Assembly: GCA_965208675.1 (NCBI GenBank)
Contig: OZ242351.1
Location: forward strand, 2,752,001 to 2,816,000
DNA length: 64,000 bases
Direction: 5' to 3'
Origin: Candidatus Poribacteria bacterium
Lineage (GTDB): Bacteria; Poribacteria; WGA-4E; PCPOR2b
This document shows positions 29,253 to 39,521 of this stretch, in pieces. The number at the start of each line of letters is the position of its first letter. Position 1 is the stretch's first letter. The notes beneath the pieces are model-generated. The model did not search any database and was not told where the DNA came from. It saw only the letters and a program-made list of their open reading frames with translations. The translations under genes and the position numbers were made by a program.

Positions 29253-29566
29253 TACGATGTTCTCCTAGTTTTGGCAAATTCTTGGGTATGTATTTGGAAG
29301 TATAGTCGATTTTGTGAATCAGGTCAATTCGTTTCTCCGCTCGATCGCATCTGTGCGATTCACAACGCCAATGACAGTGAACCGGCTACCGACAACCGCA
29401 TTTTGCGCATTATCAAATCCAAAATTGGTAGCCCTGCGTTGCTGTCGTTGTGGTATAATATTTACATTTCTGAATTGATGTAAACATTGATAAAAGGCAA
29501 ATACTTCGCTGTCGGACCATGAATAAACAATAACTTTTGCAATAACCATTGACCAGGAGGGCTGAT

Positions 29567-30298
29567 ATGCCGAACAGAGGTTTATCCAATGAGGAGATAG
29601 AGCAGCTAAAGCGGTACGACTCGCCTACAGTGTGCAACGTCATCGAGCTATTCGATGTGCGTCCGAGAGACGCGGGGTATATGAACGAACATGTGAAGTG
29701 TTGCTTCCCGGAAATGCCGCCGATGGTAGGATACGCCTCTACGGCGATGCGGCGCTGTGCGAGCGCTCCAAGGACGAGCAGCGAGCAGGTGAGTTTAGAA
29801 GCGCAATTGGAGAGTTTCGAGGCGCTGCCGGGGCCGGCTGTGGTGGTGTACCAGGACCTCGATGAGCCGAAGGTAGCGGCGACGTTCGGCGATATCATGT
29901 GCAAGTCGCTCAAGACTTTCGGCGCTGTGGGAATCGTAACCAGCGGTACCGGGCGGGACCTTGATCAGGTACGGGCGCTGGACTTCCCCGCGTTTACCAA
30001 CGGCGCAATCTCTTCGCACGGTTACGGCTACACCGCTGCCATCGGGATACCCGTTCATGTGGGCGGCATCACCATACACCCAGGCGATCTTCTCTACGGG
30101 GACTGCAACGGCGTGACGACAATACCGAACGAAATTGCCAGTGAAGTGGTTGACTGTTGTGCCGAGTTCGCCGCCGCAGAAGCCGTCGTGCTCAACTATC
30201 TTGACCGTAGCGATGCGACGCCAAAAGGCCTAACGGAGGCTCAGAACGAATGCAAGCGAAGGCTGGCGGAACTAAGTGAGCGCGTACGGACGAAATGA
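29567..30298 (+). CDS. RraA/HMG-aldolase family protein
   Basis: DSPTVCNVIE, ATFGDIM, GRD, IHPGDLLYGDCNGV. ATG after AGGAGG. Confidence 0.88.
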   Translation: MPNRGLSNEEIEQLKRYDSPTVCNVIELFDVRPRDAGYMNEHVKCCFPEMPPMVGYASTAMRRCASAPRTSSEQVSLEAQLESFEALPGPAVVVYQDLDEPKVAATFGDIMCKSLKTFGAVGIVTSGTGRDLDQVRALDFPAFTNGAISSHGYGYTAAIGIPVHVGGITIHPGDLLYGDCNGVTTIPNEIASEVVDCCAEFAAAEAVVLNYLDRSDATPKGLTEAQNECKRRLAELSERVRTK

Positions 30299-30379
30299 AA
30301 TCGCCCTTGGGTGTATTTTTCGGGGTTACCGCAACTGAGTTGAAATGCGCCGACGGATTTGGGAAAGTCCTTACGTATT

Positions 30380-31039
30380 TTATACATCGTAACTGCTGAC
30401 AACAGCGAGTTTTAACGGCTCATCGCCAACGTTTCGATATGCGTGCGTTACGTGTCGGGGAATAAATGCGACGCTCCCCGCACCCAACGCCGCTTCTTCT
30501 TCGCCAATCTTGACAGACGCCTGCCCCGAAATTATGTAGTAGACTTTCTCTCGGTCGGAGTGAGCGTGTGCTTCGACGCCGCCTTGCAATCCGTAGGTCA
30601 CCTCTGCCACACCTAATTTGCTCGGAGGGACATCGTCGAACTGGTAGGTATGGAGATCCAGCAAGGTTAGCAGTTCCTCCCCCGCATTGTGGAACCCGTG
30701 CGGTATGCCCAACGCAATCAAGGCGACGCCTCCTGGTCCGAGCACCGATGTGTCCTCTCCAATCGTAACTGATGCTTGACCCGCGATAATGTAGTAGGCT
30801 TGTTCGTTGTCGTCGTGTACGTGCTTGTCATGGCTTCCACCGGTTGCATAGGTAAGTACAACGAACTGCATCCGGCTGGAACTGATATTTCCGAGGTTGT
30901 ATTCGCCGAATATTTTGTCTGGACCAATCAGCGCCCTGCCGAAGCGGTATTCCTTTGGGGCAAGATTCCCAAATCTTTTTTGCCAAAAGACCGTAATTGG
31001 AAGCAATGGGTCCTCTGGGGTCCGCATATATTTCTTCAT
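30380..31039 (-). CDS. Two-domain cupin protein
   Basis: HVHDDNEQAYYII.G...PHGFHN and HAHSDREKVYYIISG...THAYRN. Confidence 0.85.
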   Translation of the reverse strand: MKKYMRTPEDPLLPITVFWQKRFGNLAPKEYRFGRALIGPDKIFGEYNLGNISSSRMQFVVLTYATGGSHDKHVHDDNEQAYYIIAGQASVTIGEDTSVLGPGGVALIALGIPHGFHNAGEELLTLLDLHTYQFDDVPPSKLGVAEVTYGLQGGVEAHAHSDREKVYYIISGQASVKIGEEEAALGAGSVAFIPRHVTHAYRNVGDEPLKLAVVSSYDV

Positions 31040-31115
31040 GTGCGCTTTCCATCTCCTGAAATCAAAGACCGGCTAGGGTTACAACCGTTGAGATGTTTAA
31101 AATACAAATCATCCT

Positions 31116-31520
31116 TTATAGTTCGTAACTGCTAATTACCACGACGGTCAACGGTTCATCGCCTGCATTGGCAAATCCGTGCGGCATATTCAGCGGGATA
31201 TATACTACCCCACCCGGGCCGACGATGCCTTCTTCAACACCCACTGTAGCTTTCGCCTGACCGGACACGATGTAATAGGCTTGCTCCTTATCGGGATGGG
31301 TGTGTTCTTCCGTGTAACCGTCCGGCGTGTAGGTATCGACAGAAATTTCCAATCGTTTTGATACCATGTTGCCGAGATTAAACTTGCCGTGAATTACATC
31401 GGGGCCAAGAAACAGCCATGAAGCCAGTTGATCTTTGTGATCGTCCGGATGTAGCTCAGCGATCGAAATTTGTCCAGAGCGCATGTCGTGGTCTGGAGTA
31501 CGTATGTATTTTTGCATCAT
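31116..31520 (-). CDS. Single-domain cupin, paralog of the adjacent gene
   Basis: HTHPDKEQAYYIVSG...PHGFAN. Shares KY.RTP and GPD.I.G..NLGN with 30380-31039. Confidence 0.85.
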   Translation of the reverse strand: MMQKYIRTPDHDMRSGQISIAELHPDDHKDQLASWLFLGPDVIHGKFNLGNMVSKRLEISVDTYTPDGYTEEHTHPDKEQAYYIVSGQAKATVGVEEGIVGPGGVVYIPLNMPHGFANAGDEPLTVVVISSYEL

Positions 31521-31786
31521 TATTCTCCTTTACCACCTGTCACCCCGGTCACGCGGGCGACAAGTAGCGTTGCGTAGATTGTGAAAAGTGTGAGGTTGAG
31601 TTGTGCCGCAGCAAACCGTAAAATTATACCTAGATTCCAATTTAAATACAAGCGTTATGTCTAGACGGTCAATATCTTGACACTCACGGTGCTGCGTGTT
31701 ACTATTTTGTAGAATACTCTTCGATTGGCCCGCTTTGGAAGCAGCGTGTCTGGGATTGTTGGTGGGAAAATGGAGGAGGAGATAAA

Positions 31787-32293
31787 ATGACACGAATAAC
31801 GGCTTTGTTCATAATCGTGGTATGTTTGATAATCGACACCGGTTGCGCTAATCGATTATCAGACCGGGCGGACGTTGCGGCGGGCGAAGAGAGTAGACTA
31901 CTGCAAACCAACGAGGCTCACTCAGATAATGGTTCTGTTACAATTTACACCAATCCTGCTGCGCATCCGCATTCACGAATCAACAAAAAACGTGCAATTG
32001 ACAGCTTTCTTCGGTCAGACCCTGGCAGAACCAAACAACTTCAAGAGTTATATGAAGAATACAATAAAAGAGCAAGCAATCCGCCGACCGAAGACAAGCT
32101 CCGGAATTCGCTGTTAGCTATTCCCGAACTCAGTCATTCGGTGAATAGCGCCATCGCTGCCGCTAAAATAATACGCGGCCACCACAGGCGCCTTGATATA
32201 TCTATGGAAGATGCGATTTTCATGTACCTGACACAAGACTGTAATTGGGATGCGGAGAACGCACGGTCGATTCTAGAGCGAATCGAGTATTGA
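31787..32293 (+). CDS. Hypothetical lipoprotein
   Basis: Strong SD GGAGGAGGAG, hydrophobic N-terminus and DTGC lipobox-like motif. Confidence 0.6.
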   Translation: MTRITALFIIVVCLIIDTGCANRLSDRADVAAGEESRLLQTNEAHSDNGSVTIYTNPAAHPHSRINKKRAIDSFLRSDPGRTKQLQELYEEYNKRASNPPTEDKLRNSLLAIPELSHSVNSAIAAAKIIRGHHRRLDISMEDAIFMYLTQDCNWDAENARSILERIEY

Positions 32294-32556
32294 GCGCAAC
32301 ACTGCAGAATTGCTTTCAAGAGCATCAAGCGGGTTCAATGATTGCTTTCTATAGTTGTGATATTCCACGCTTACGACGCAATAACGACGCAACCACATGA
32401 TAACTCAGACGCTAGACTTATCATCCTACTTGTCACTCGATCATAAATCGTATCCAATGGTATAATTTCCGCCGACGGCGGCGCAGTTTGGTACGCCTTT
32501 GACATTACAACAATGAACATTTGTATGCCGAAACCTACCTGAAAGGAAATTGAGCT

Positions 32557-32907
32557 GTGAACGCCCCGACCACTGTTTATTGCATTACTGTGAAGTTGAC
32601 CCCGGAACCAGAAGGCGGTTATACAGTAACATGTGAGGAATTGCCTGAGTTGATAACGGACGGGAATTCGGTAGATGAGGCGTTAAATAACGTCATAGAC
32701 GCATTCATCGCAACACTCGAACTATATGAAGATTTAGGGCGTACATTGCCTGACAACATTATTCAAAAGTCCAAACAAGAACCTATAGTTCATCCGTTTC
32801 AGACACTGACACCAAAATTAAACGGGGCTGATGGCTCGCCTGTACCATACGTCTTTCAAGCCACTCTAAATCGTGAGCGCCATGACATATCGAGAAATGT
32901 CGCGTAA
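32557..32907 (+). CDS. hicB: HicB-like antitoxin
   Basis: EPEGGYTVTCEELPELITDGNSVDEAL.N..DA motif. Confidence 0.8.
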   Translation: MNAPTTVYCITVKLTPEPEGGYTVTCEELPELITDGNSVDEALNNVIDAFIATLELYEDLGRTLPDNIIQKSKQEPIVHPFQTLTPKLNGADGSPVPYVFQATLNRERHDISRNVA

Positions 32908-33094
32908 ACTCAAAAAACTCGGTTGTCGCGAAACGAAACACAGAACACGAGGCTCTCATCGAAAATGATTCAACCCCCTTACGGAAAGCGCGACAGTTAT
33001 TCCTGATCACGGAACTAACGATATGCCAATTGGAACACTTCGCGCAGGTATTAGGCAATTGGGGATAAATTGGACAGATTTCAAACGCACCTAG
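32882..33094 (+). pseudogene. hicA: HicA toxin with an in-frame TGA at 32966-32968
   Basis: Manual translation: MTYREMSRKLKKLGC...RGSHRK*FNP...VIPDHG..DMPIGTLRAGIRQLGI. Absent from the ORF track because of the stop. Confidence 0.85.
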
Positions 33095-33498
33095 TCCCTC
33101 CGCGAATCCAAACCTCCTAGCCCCTACGATTATTGGTTCGTCCTTAATTTTGAGCATCGCTAACAATCAAGGGTATCGGTATTCAGTCGCCATGCAATAC
33201 GACGAACCGAGTGAACGAATCATTCTAGGCAACGAATTGAACCCGCCGCGCTGCCGGGAAGGGCAATATCCCGAACAGAACGAAATCCTTGTGTTCCCAG
33301 CCGATGAAACAAACCCACCAGACGAACGCACTCCCCGAAAGCCGCCGTTCGCGTTGTTAAGACCTTCGTCCGATGAGTGACACCGCTTACAAAAAGGCGC
33401 CAGCGGTGCCATAGCTCACCACGCCATATTGAGGGTTTTGAAATTTCGTTCAAATTCGATTGTTACTTCTTCTTATTCTTATGGCAATGTGATTATTC

Positions 33499-34311
33499 TC
33501 ACGAATGACGGGTGTCGTGCGGATACACCAACGCATGCCGTTCGTGTAATTGAGCGAGGTGGCGCATACGCTGTGGACTCGCGGTATTGAGCATGAGTTC
33601 GGTGTACATGCCGCCAATCTTGAATCCGTGCGCGACGGGGCAGTGGCCGCGGACATATTCGTCAATACGCGCCATTTCGCTCTCGGTGGCTGCGTGCTTA
33701 TTCAAGTTCATTGTGAACATCCGCCGTTGGGTTGATCCGCCAAACGAAGCGTGGAGGATGTCGTGGTAAAAGACCACCAAATCTCCCGGATTCGTCGCCA
33801 ATGCGGCGGCACCAGGAATCTCGGATGGCGAAAATCCCCACAAATGCTGCGCATCTCTGGGATGGATTTCACCGGACCGCCATATGGAGTCGCGTCGGTG
33901 GCTGCCGGGAAGCACGCGAAGGCAGCCGGTGTCGCGTGTGAGCCGGTCTAGGTAGAAAACCATCTTGATCGCGAAGAGTTCAGGGTAGTTCCCGTCTGTG
34001 TGCCAATCCGTGTCGCCGCAATAATAGTTGCCGTCGCCCGAAGCATAGTTGAAGCCATCACCCAAAATGGCGGACGCGATACCCTCAATTCGGGCATCGT
34101 CGAGCAGCGTGCATAACCGTTCGCTGTGATCGATGGTCGGAACAATCATGGTCGGCTTCGATCCATCGTGCATCTTACCGCCGCCGCAGGTCTGCATAAC
34201 GTCCTCAAACTCATCGATAATCCAAGCGATCTCATCCGGACCAAAAAGTTCACGGAAAACCAGATAGCCGAAGGTGTGAAAGAAGTTGAGTTGATGTGTT
34301 GTGAGTTGCAT
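33499..34311 (-). CDS. PhyH-family dioxygenase
   Basis: Likely start MQLTTHQLNFFHTFGY. WHTD, GCLRVLPGSH, PGDLVVF...HASFGG...RRMF. Confidence 0.88.
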   Translation of the reverse strand: MQLTTHQLNFFHTFGYLVFRELFGPDEIAWIIDEFEDVMQTCGGGKMHDGSKPTMIVPTIDHSERLCTLLDDARIEGIASAILGDGFNYASGDGNYYCGDTDWHTDGNYPELFAIKMVFYLDRLTRDTGCLRVLPGSHRRDSIWRSGEIHPRDAQHLWGFSPSEIPGAAALATNPGDLVVFYHDILHASFGGSTQRRMFTMNLNKHAATESEMARIDEYVRGHCPVAHGFKIGGMYTELMLNTASPQRMRHLAQLHERHALVYPHDTRHS

Positions 34312-34630
34312 GGCAAAAACTCCGTGTATGTATTCAATACCCTTTAAAGTTTTGTCCTGTCCGAATCGAAACTGTGTTGCCGCGATGGTATGATTGAGTC
34401 GTCCTAAACTGTCATAATGATCCAATTCAGCGTGTGTGATTATATCACCTTTGTGGTGGATTTCCAAACCATACTTGACAGCGCTGATGAGGGATGCACG
34501 ACAAGTGCAATGTGATTTGGATGCGCGCTCTGACGAGGTAAAACAACTGTAGAAGTTTATGGTTGATGGAGATAGCATTCCTTTGGTAAAATTTCATGCA
34601 GTTTGAATGTCTATAAATTAAGAAAGCAAC

Positions 34631-36046
34631 ATGGCGAATAAATCTCTCAATCAACTCCTAACCGCGGTAACGGTCGTCATCGACTTCTGCCTCATCGGAA
34701 TTTCGATCCGCACCGCCTACTGGCTCAGGTTTGAGTCGGGCTGGTTGCAGGCAGTTGCCATCCACACGGGCGGAAATCCACCGCTCGCATTCTACTTTCA
34801 GCTCATCCCATTGAACGCGGCAATCTGGATATTGACACTTCGGGGATTAGGGCTTTATCGGGTCGAAAACGAGATTACGCTGGAAACTGGCCTAACGCTT
34901 CTGAAGGCTTCAGCCGTCGCGTTAATTTCCACACTTGGCGCCGTCTTTTTCTTCTATCACCACCACGAATTTTCTCGCTGGGTAATGCTTTTGGCGTGCG
35001 GGACGAGCGCGGTTTTTCTTTACTTGAATCGGCTCGCGGTGCAGCGGTTCAAGCAAACGCTGCAGCAGGCAGGTATTGGTGTAAGCCAAGTCGCCGTTGT
35101 CGGCTTTAACGCAACCACAAGGCAACTCATCCATTCTATCCGAGGAAAAGCCCGTAAAAGTTACCAATTACTCGGTGTTATAATCGGAAAGCAACTACCG
35201 CCTGAGCCAATTTCTCAGTATGTTCTTGGCGGCACAACCGAAGTGCGCAGCCTCGTCCAAAAGTATCAGATTAACGAACTGTTCATCACGTCACCGGCAA
35301 TTTCTCATGAAGAGATTTTACAGATTGTGCATGATTGCGAAGGGCTGCCCGTTCAGATTCGGGTTCTCCCGGACCTCTACGAAGTTATGATTGGGAAAAC
35401 GCATGTGGTGGATTTTGACGGGATTCCGGTTGTTCAGTTGAAAGAACTTCCACTACACGGCTGGTGCGGGCTGATTAAGCGGGGGTTGGACATCGCCTTA
35501 AGCACGTTTGCCTTGGTTATTTTGAGTCCGGTTATGGTTGCGATTGCGATTGCGGTGAAGTTAACATCTGCAGGTTCAGTCATTTTCCGCCAAGAACGGA
35601 TTAGCAGGGATGGGACAGCCTTTCGCATCTACAAATTCAGATCTATGCGCCAAGATGCGGAGGCGGGAATTGGACACACATGGGCTGCGCCGGACGATCC
35701 ACGGCAAACGCGGCTCGGGCGATTCTTGAGGCGTTGGGGTTTAGACGAACTTCCGCAACTTGTCAATGTAGTCAAGGGGGATATGAGTCTAGTGGGACCC
35801 CGGCCGGAGATGTCAGGGCTGATTGATGATTTTAGCAAATCTTTCCCTCACTACTTGGATCGGCATCGGGTGAAATGCGGTTTAACGGGTTGGGCGCAAG
35901 TCAATGGTCTGCGCGGAAACACCTCACTCGAAGAGCGGCTCCGTTACGATTTATTCTACATTGAAAACTGGTCGCTCGGCTTTGACATCAAAATCCTGCT
36001 CAAGACTTTGTGGGCGATCAAAAAGGGCGGTTCATTTCAGAAGTAA
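34631..36046 (+). CDS. Undecaprenyl-phosphate glycosylphosphotransferase (WcaJ/WbaP family)
   Basis: N-terminal TMs, KRGLD, YKFRSM, LDELPQL.NV.KGDMSLVGPRPE, GLTGWAQVNG, DLFYIENWS. Confidence 0.93.
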   Translation: MANKSLNQLLTAVTVVIDFCLIGISIRTAYWLRFESGWLQAVAIHTGGNPPLAFYFQLIPLNAAIWILTLRGLGLYRVENEITLETGLTLLKASAVALISTLGAVFFFYHHHEFSRWVMLLACGTSAVFLYLNRLAVQRFKQTLQQAGIGVSQVAVVGFNATTRQLIHSIRGKARKSYQLLGVIIGKQLPPEPISQYVLGGTTEVRSLVQKYQINELFITSPAISHEEILQIVHDCEGLPVQIRVLPDLYEVMIGKTHVVDFDGIPVVQLKELPLHGWCGLIKRGLDIALSTFALVILSPVMVAIAIAVKLTSAGSVIFRQERISRDGTAFRIYKFRSMRQDAEAGIGHTWAAPDDPRQTRLGRFLRRWGLDELPQLVNVVKGDMSLVGPRPEMSGLIDDFSKSFPHYLDRHRVKCGLTGWAQVNGLRGNTSLEERLRYDLFYIENWSLGFDIKILLKTLWAIKKGGSFQK

Positions 36047-36238
36047 GGGGGCCAGATTTGAAAGGATTTGGCAACCTGCCGAATTATAGCCATTTTGGAT
36101 TTTATTTACACAAGGGGTGATTGATAATCGAGGCTAGGAAGCCTCGCCCACAAACCGATGGTAAATGGCCGCAATGGCTATAAGGTGTAGATATGCTATT
36201 TCTTACCATGAGACTAGATTGAGGGGAAAGATTCTCCC

Positions 36239-37885
36239 ATGCGTACGCTCCTCTCCAAAAAATGGCTTCTTCTCAGTTTGATTGGCGCGCTCCTCGTCCT
36301 GCTAGTCGCGCTAGTATTATTGTATCGGTCGATTTCCCTCCGGGAGCCGGATCGGAGTCTGCTCACCCTGCTTCCTGACGCACCAATCTGTTATCTAAGT
36401 GTAAAAGATCTCGGCGGATTTGTTGAAACCTTTGGGCGCAGCGAGTTTGGAAAACAGACAATGAAGATGCCGCTCCTTACAGAAATCCAACGAGAATCGT
36501 GGTGGCGCCAAATTGTGTATCAGAAACAACACTGGGAGTATGAAATGGGCGGGGAGTTAAATCTAAAGGCACTTAAAGGCTACTTTGGAGAAGAAGCGAT
36601 TTTGAGCCTTTACCATCGCGGAGACGAAATTTCTTTCCTGTTGATTAGTATTGTTGGCGCGAAAGAGAAATTAGAGATTGCGGCACTCACAGCCACAGAT
36701 TTTGTCAACCCAAAATACAAGCGGAAAAAGGAGAATTACAGGGGAATTGATATCAACACAATTACCGGCTATCCGCGAGATTTCAGCTACGCCTTTATCG
36801 GCAAGATAGGTCTGTTGGGACTCGACAAATCATTAATTCAGGAGACAATTGATATGCATTCAGATGCGAGGCAGGATTTCATCAGCCTCGATCCTACCCG
36901 GGAATACATGCGCCAACGGTATGACTCGGACAGTAACACAATGTATATCAATGTTTCCAGATTTACTCAAGCCTTCGCGTTGAACGGCGGCCTCAAGTCA
37001 TTATTGGCACCTGTCAACGCGTGGAGCGTCGGTAATCGCTATGAAAATGGTGTTATTCACTCTCGACATCGGTTAACATGGGACGCAACTCCGAAAATCA
37101 TGCCGAATGATTCGCGTCCAATCAATCAAAGCCTATTATCCATACTCCCGGCAACCACGGCATTTCTTTGCGCAAGCAGAGACGAAGATTTTTTAGCGTT
37201 GGGGACGCCGATGGAAAACGCCCAATTCATCCAATTTCAAGGGAACCGTATTGAACTCTTTCGCCATTTAAACTCGCAGTTTGCGTTTTTGCTGCTTGAT
37301 GCCCAAGGCACAAACCCGATGGCAATACCGCCAGCACTGCTCATTCTCACCATCCGCGATGACTCTAATTTTAGAGCGGATTTTGCGGAGCTGCGGAACG
37401 CAAAGGTCTCCATTTTCGGTAAACCGCTCCAATTTCTAAAACCTCAAGATTATCACGGAACAGAGATTTACCCCGTCCAACTTCGTTTCGGGTTCTTGTT
37501 CTCCGTAACAGGCGGCTGTGCAATTGTCGATAATTATTGGATTATCAGTTCTACGCTCGATGGATTGAAAACCGCCATTGATACTTCTGAGGGACGAATC
37601 GCGGCGTTGCCTGAAACAGGATTCTCAACTTCAACTCATCAATCCGCTGAAAGTCAAATCTTTATTCAACCCAACCGATTCTTTCCTCAACTAAAACGCC
37701 TCACCTCAATACTCGGGTTGATTGCATCCACTTCCGGTCAAGGCGATGGTTCAGCGTTGATGACTCGCATTACAAATAATCTCTTCCCATTGGAAGCGCT
37801 TGGCGCAATCAACGCTGAGATAGATTTTGACAGCGGAGCTGTTGATGCACAAATTCGGATTGTATTGGAGCCTACGGAAGGTTGA
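36239..37885 (+). CDS. Membrane-anchored hypothetical protein (possibly DUF3352-like)
   Basis: Long ORF with an N-terminal TM and two LP.. repeats (LLPDA, ILPAT). Family assignment is tentative. Confidence 0.65.
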   Translation: MRTLLSKKWLLLSLIGALLVLLVALVLLYRSISLREPDRSLLTLLPDAPICYLSVKDLGGFVETFGRSEFGKQTMKMPLLTEIQRESWWRQIVYQKQHWEYEMGGELNLKALKGYFGEEAILSLYHRGDEISFLLISIVGAKEKLEIAALTATDFVNPKYKRKKENYRGIDINTITGYPRDFSYAFIGKIGLLGLDKSLIQETIDMHSDARQDFISLDPTREYMRQRYDSDSNTMYINVSRFTQAFALNGGLKSLLAPVNAWSVGNRYENGVIHSRHRLTWDATPKIMPNDSRPINQSLLSILPATTAFLCASRDEDFLALGTPMENAQFIQFQGNRIELFRHLNSQFAFLLLDAQGTNPMAIPPALLILTIRDDSNFRADFAELRNAKVSIFGKPLQFLKPQDYHGTEIYPVQLRFGFLFSVTGGCAIVDNYWIISSTLDGLKTAIDTSEGRIAALPETGFSTSTHQSAESQIFIQPNRFFPQLKRLTSILGLIASTSGQGDGSALMTRITNNLFPLEALGAINAEIDFDSGAVDAQIRIVLEPTEG

Positions 37886-37999
37886 ACGCGGGGGGCGAAA
37901 ATTAAATTCGCCGCGCCACAAACATTTCAGTTGACAAGGGTAAGTCGGTTGGGTTATGATTTTGTGGTGAGCAGATATAAAACATTGGGTGATTGTCGA

Positions 38000-38464
38000 A
38001 TGAAAAAGTATAATTTTCAGATTAGGTTCTTTTTGGTCGTGGTTCTAGGCAGCACGGTTCTCGGCGGGTGCGATAGTTCTCCATCGGGCGGAAGTGGATC
38101 GTTGGATCTTCTCCAAGGTGAACCTGCGATTCTAGAGGCTGTCCTCGCGGTAGATCTCATTGACGATCGGCCGGTAGGAATCACCGATACCTTTTTCGGG
38201 TCAAGCGACCGCATCTACTTATGGATGTATTGGGCGGCCGTAGAAGGGCGGCATACCGCTGAAGTCAGCTGGTATTCACCAGCACAAGACGTGGACGATC
38301 CACCATTTCGAGATGACGCTGAATCCTTTACCTCATCAACCGGCGATCAGATTACATGGTTTTTTATCGACCGTCCCTCTGGCGGATTTACCGACGGCGA
38401 ATGGTCAGTTGACATCTTTTTAGACGGACTGTTCGAGCGGAGCATTTTTTTCGCCGTGGAGTGA
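38000..38464 (+). CDS. Hypothetical lipoprotein with an Ig-like domain
   Basis: MKKY...VLGGC lipobox, W..P and G.W.V.I..DG beta-sandwich pattern. Confidence 0.7.
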   Translation: MKKYNFQIRFFLVVVLGSTVLGGCDSSPSGGSGSLDLLQGEPAILEAVLAVDLIDDRPVGITDTFFGSSDRIYLWMYWAAVEGRHTAEVSWYSPAQDVDDPPFRDDAESFTSSTGDQITWFFIDRPSGGFTDGEWSVDIFLDGLFERSIFFAVE

Positions 38465-38527
38465 TGCAGTACATAGTTCCTGTTGTGCTTCGTCGCCTTC
38501 CCATCCACGTTTCCCGCAATTTTACCT

Positions 38528-39424
38528 TTACACCAAATCCTTTCCAACAATCATGCGGTACACGTCCAGATATTTTTCGCTGGTTTTCTCGACTACTTCT
38601 TCCGGCAGTTCAGGGACAGGCGGCTGTTTATTCCATCCAATCTCATTGAGATAGTCGCGCACGTACTGTTTATCGAAGCTGCGCTGCGACCTGCCCGGTT
38701 CATATTCGTCTTTTGGCCAAAACCGAGATGAATCCGGAGTAAAGACTTCGTCAATGAGGATAAGTTTCTCGCCGAGCAGACCAAACTCGAATTTCGTGTC
38801 ACAAAGTATCAGCCCGACTTCTTCTGCCCGCTCGCTTGCCGCTTCAAACAACGCAACGCTTGTCTGCATTACGCGCTCCGCCAAGTCCTTTCCAATGATA
38901 CCTTCCATCTGAGCAATTGAAATGTTCTCGTCGTGCTCCCCGTATTCAGCCTTTGTGGCGGGTGTAAAGATTAGTTCGGACAAGCGGTCAGATTCCTGCA
39001 ACCCTTCCGGAAGCCTTGCCCCGCACACAGTCCCATCTTTTTTGTATTCCGCCCAGGCAGAACCGGCGATATATCCGCGTACCACGCATTCGACATCTAT
39101 CCGATTCGCTTTATGGACAAGCATGGAACGGCCTTCGACAGAGTCAGCATTGTGCCGAACATTATCTGGGTACGCTGCCACATCCGTCGTAATAAGATGA
39201 TTTTCGACAATGGAACTTGTGAAATCAAACCAGAATTCGGAAAGCGCGGTTAAGACGCGTCCCTTGTATGGGATGCCGTTAGGCAGTACGTAATCAAACG
39301 CCGATATCCGGTCGGTAGAGATAATTAACAGCCGATCGTCCAGATCGTAGAGATCGCGAACCTTGCCCCTATGAAGCAGCTTTAGGTCTGCGAGATTTGT
39401 TTCTGCAACAACATTTTTAGACAT
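38528..39424 (-). CDS. purC: SAICAR synthase
   Basis: GKVRDLY, TDRISAFD, ECVVRGY, FTPATK, DTKFEFG, TPDSSRFW, DKQYVRD. Confidence 0.97.
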   Translation of the reverse strand: MSKNVVAETNLADLKLLHRGKVRDLYDLDDRLLIISTDRISAFDYVLPNGIPYKGRVLTALSEFWFDFTSSIVENHLITTDVAAYPDNVRHNADSVEGRSMLVHKANRIDVECVVRGYIAGSAWAEYKKDGTVCGARLPEGLQESDRLSELIFTPATKAEYGEHDENISIAQMEGIIGKDLAERVMQTSVALFEAASERAEEVGLILCDTKFEFGLLGEKLILIDEVFTPDSSRFWPKDEYEPGRSQRSFDKQYVRDYLNEIGWNKQPPVPELPEEVVEKTSEKYLDVYRMIVGKDLV

Positions 39425-39521
39425 AAGCAACTCCCAAATTCTATCTGTGATGGGTAGCAGTTCCGTTCGTGGAGGAGGTTTGGGTCATTTGAGGGAATTT
39501 GACTAGGAGACTAGCAGGAGG

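Noticed and set aside
9949-32968. Alternative genetic code explaining the in-frame stops
   Set aside because: The stops are mixed TAG and TGA at positions expected to encode different residues, and intact genes here terminate normally with TAG and TGA.
33150-33453. Short ORFs downstream of hicA
   Set aside because: Overlapping candidates on both strands with no clear SD or family motif.
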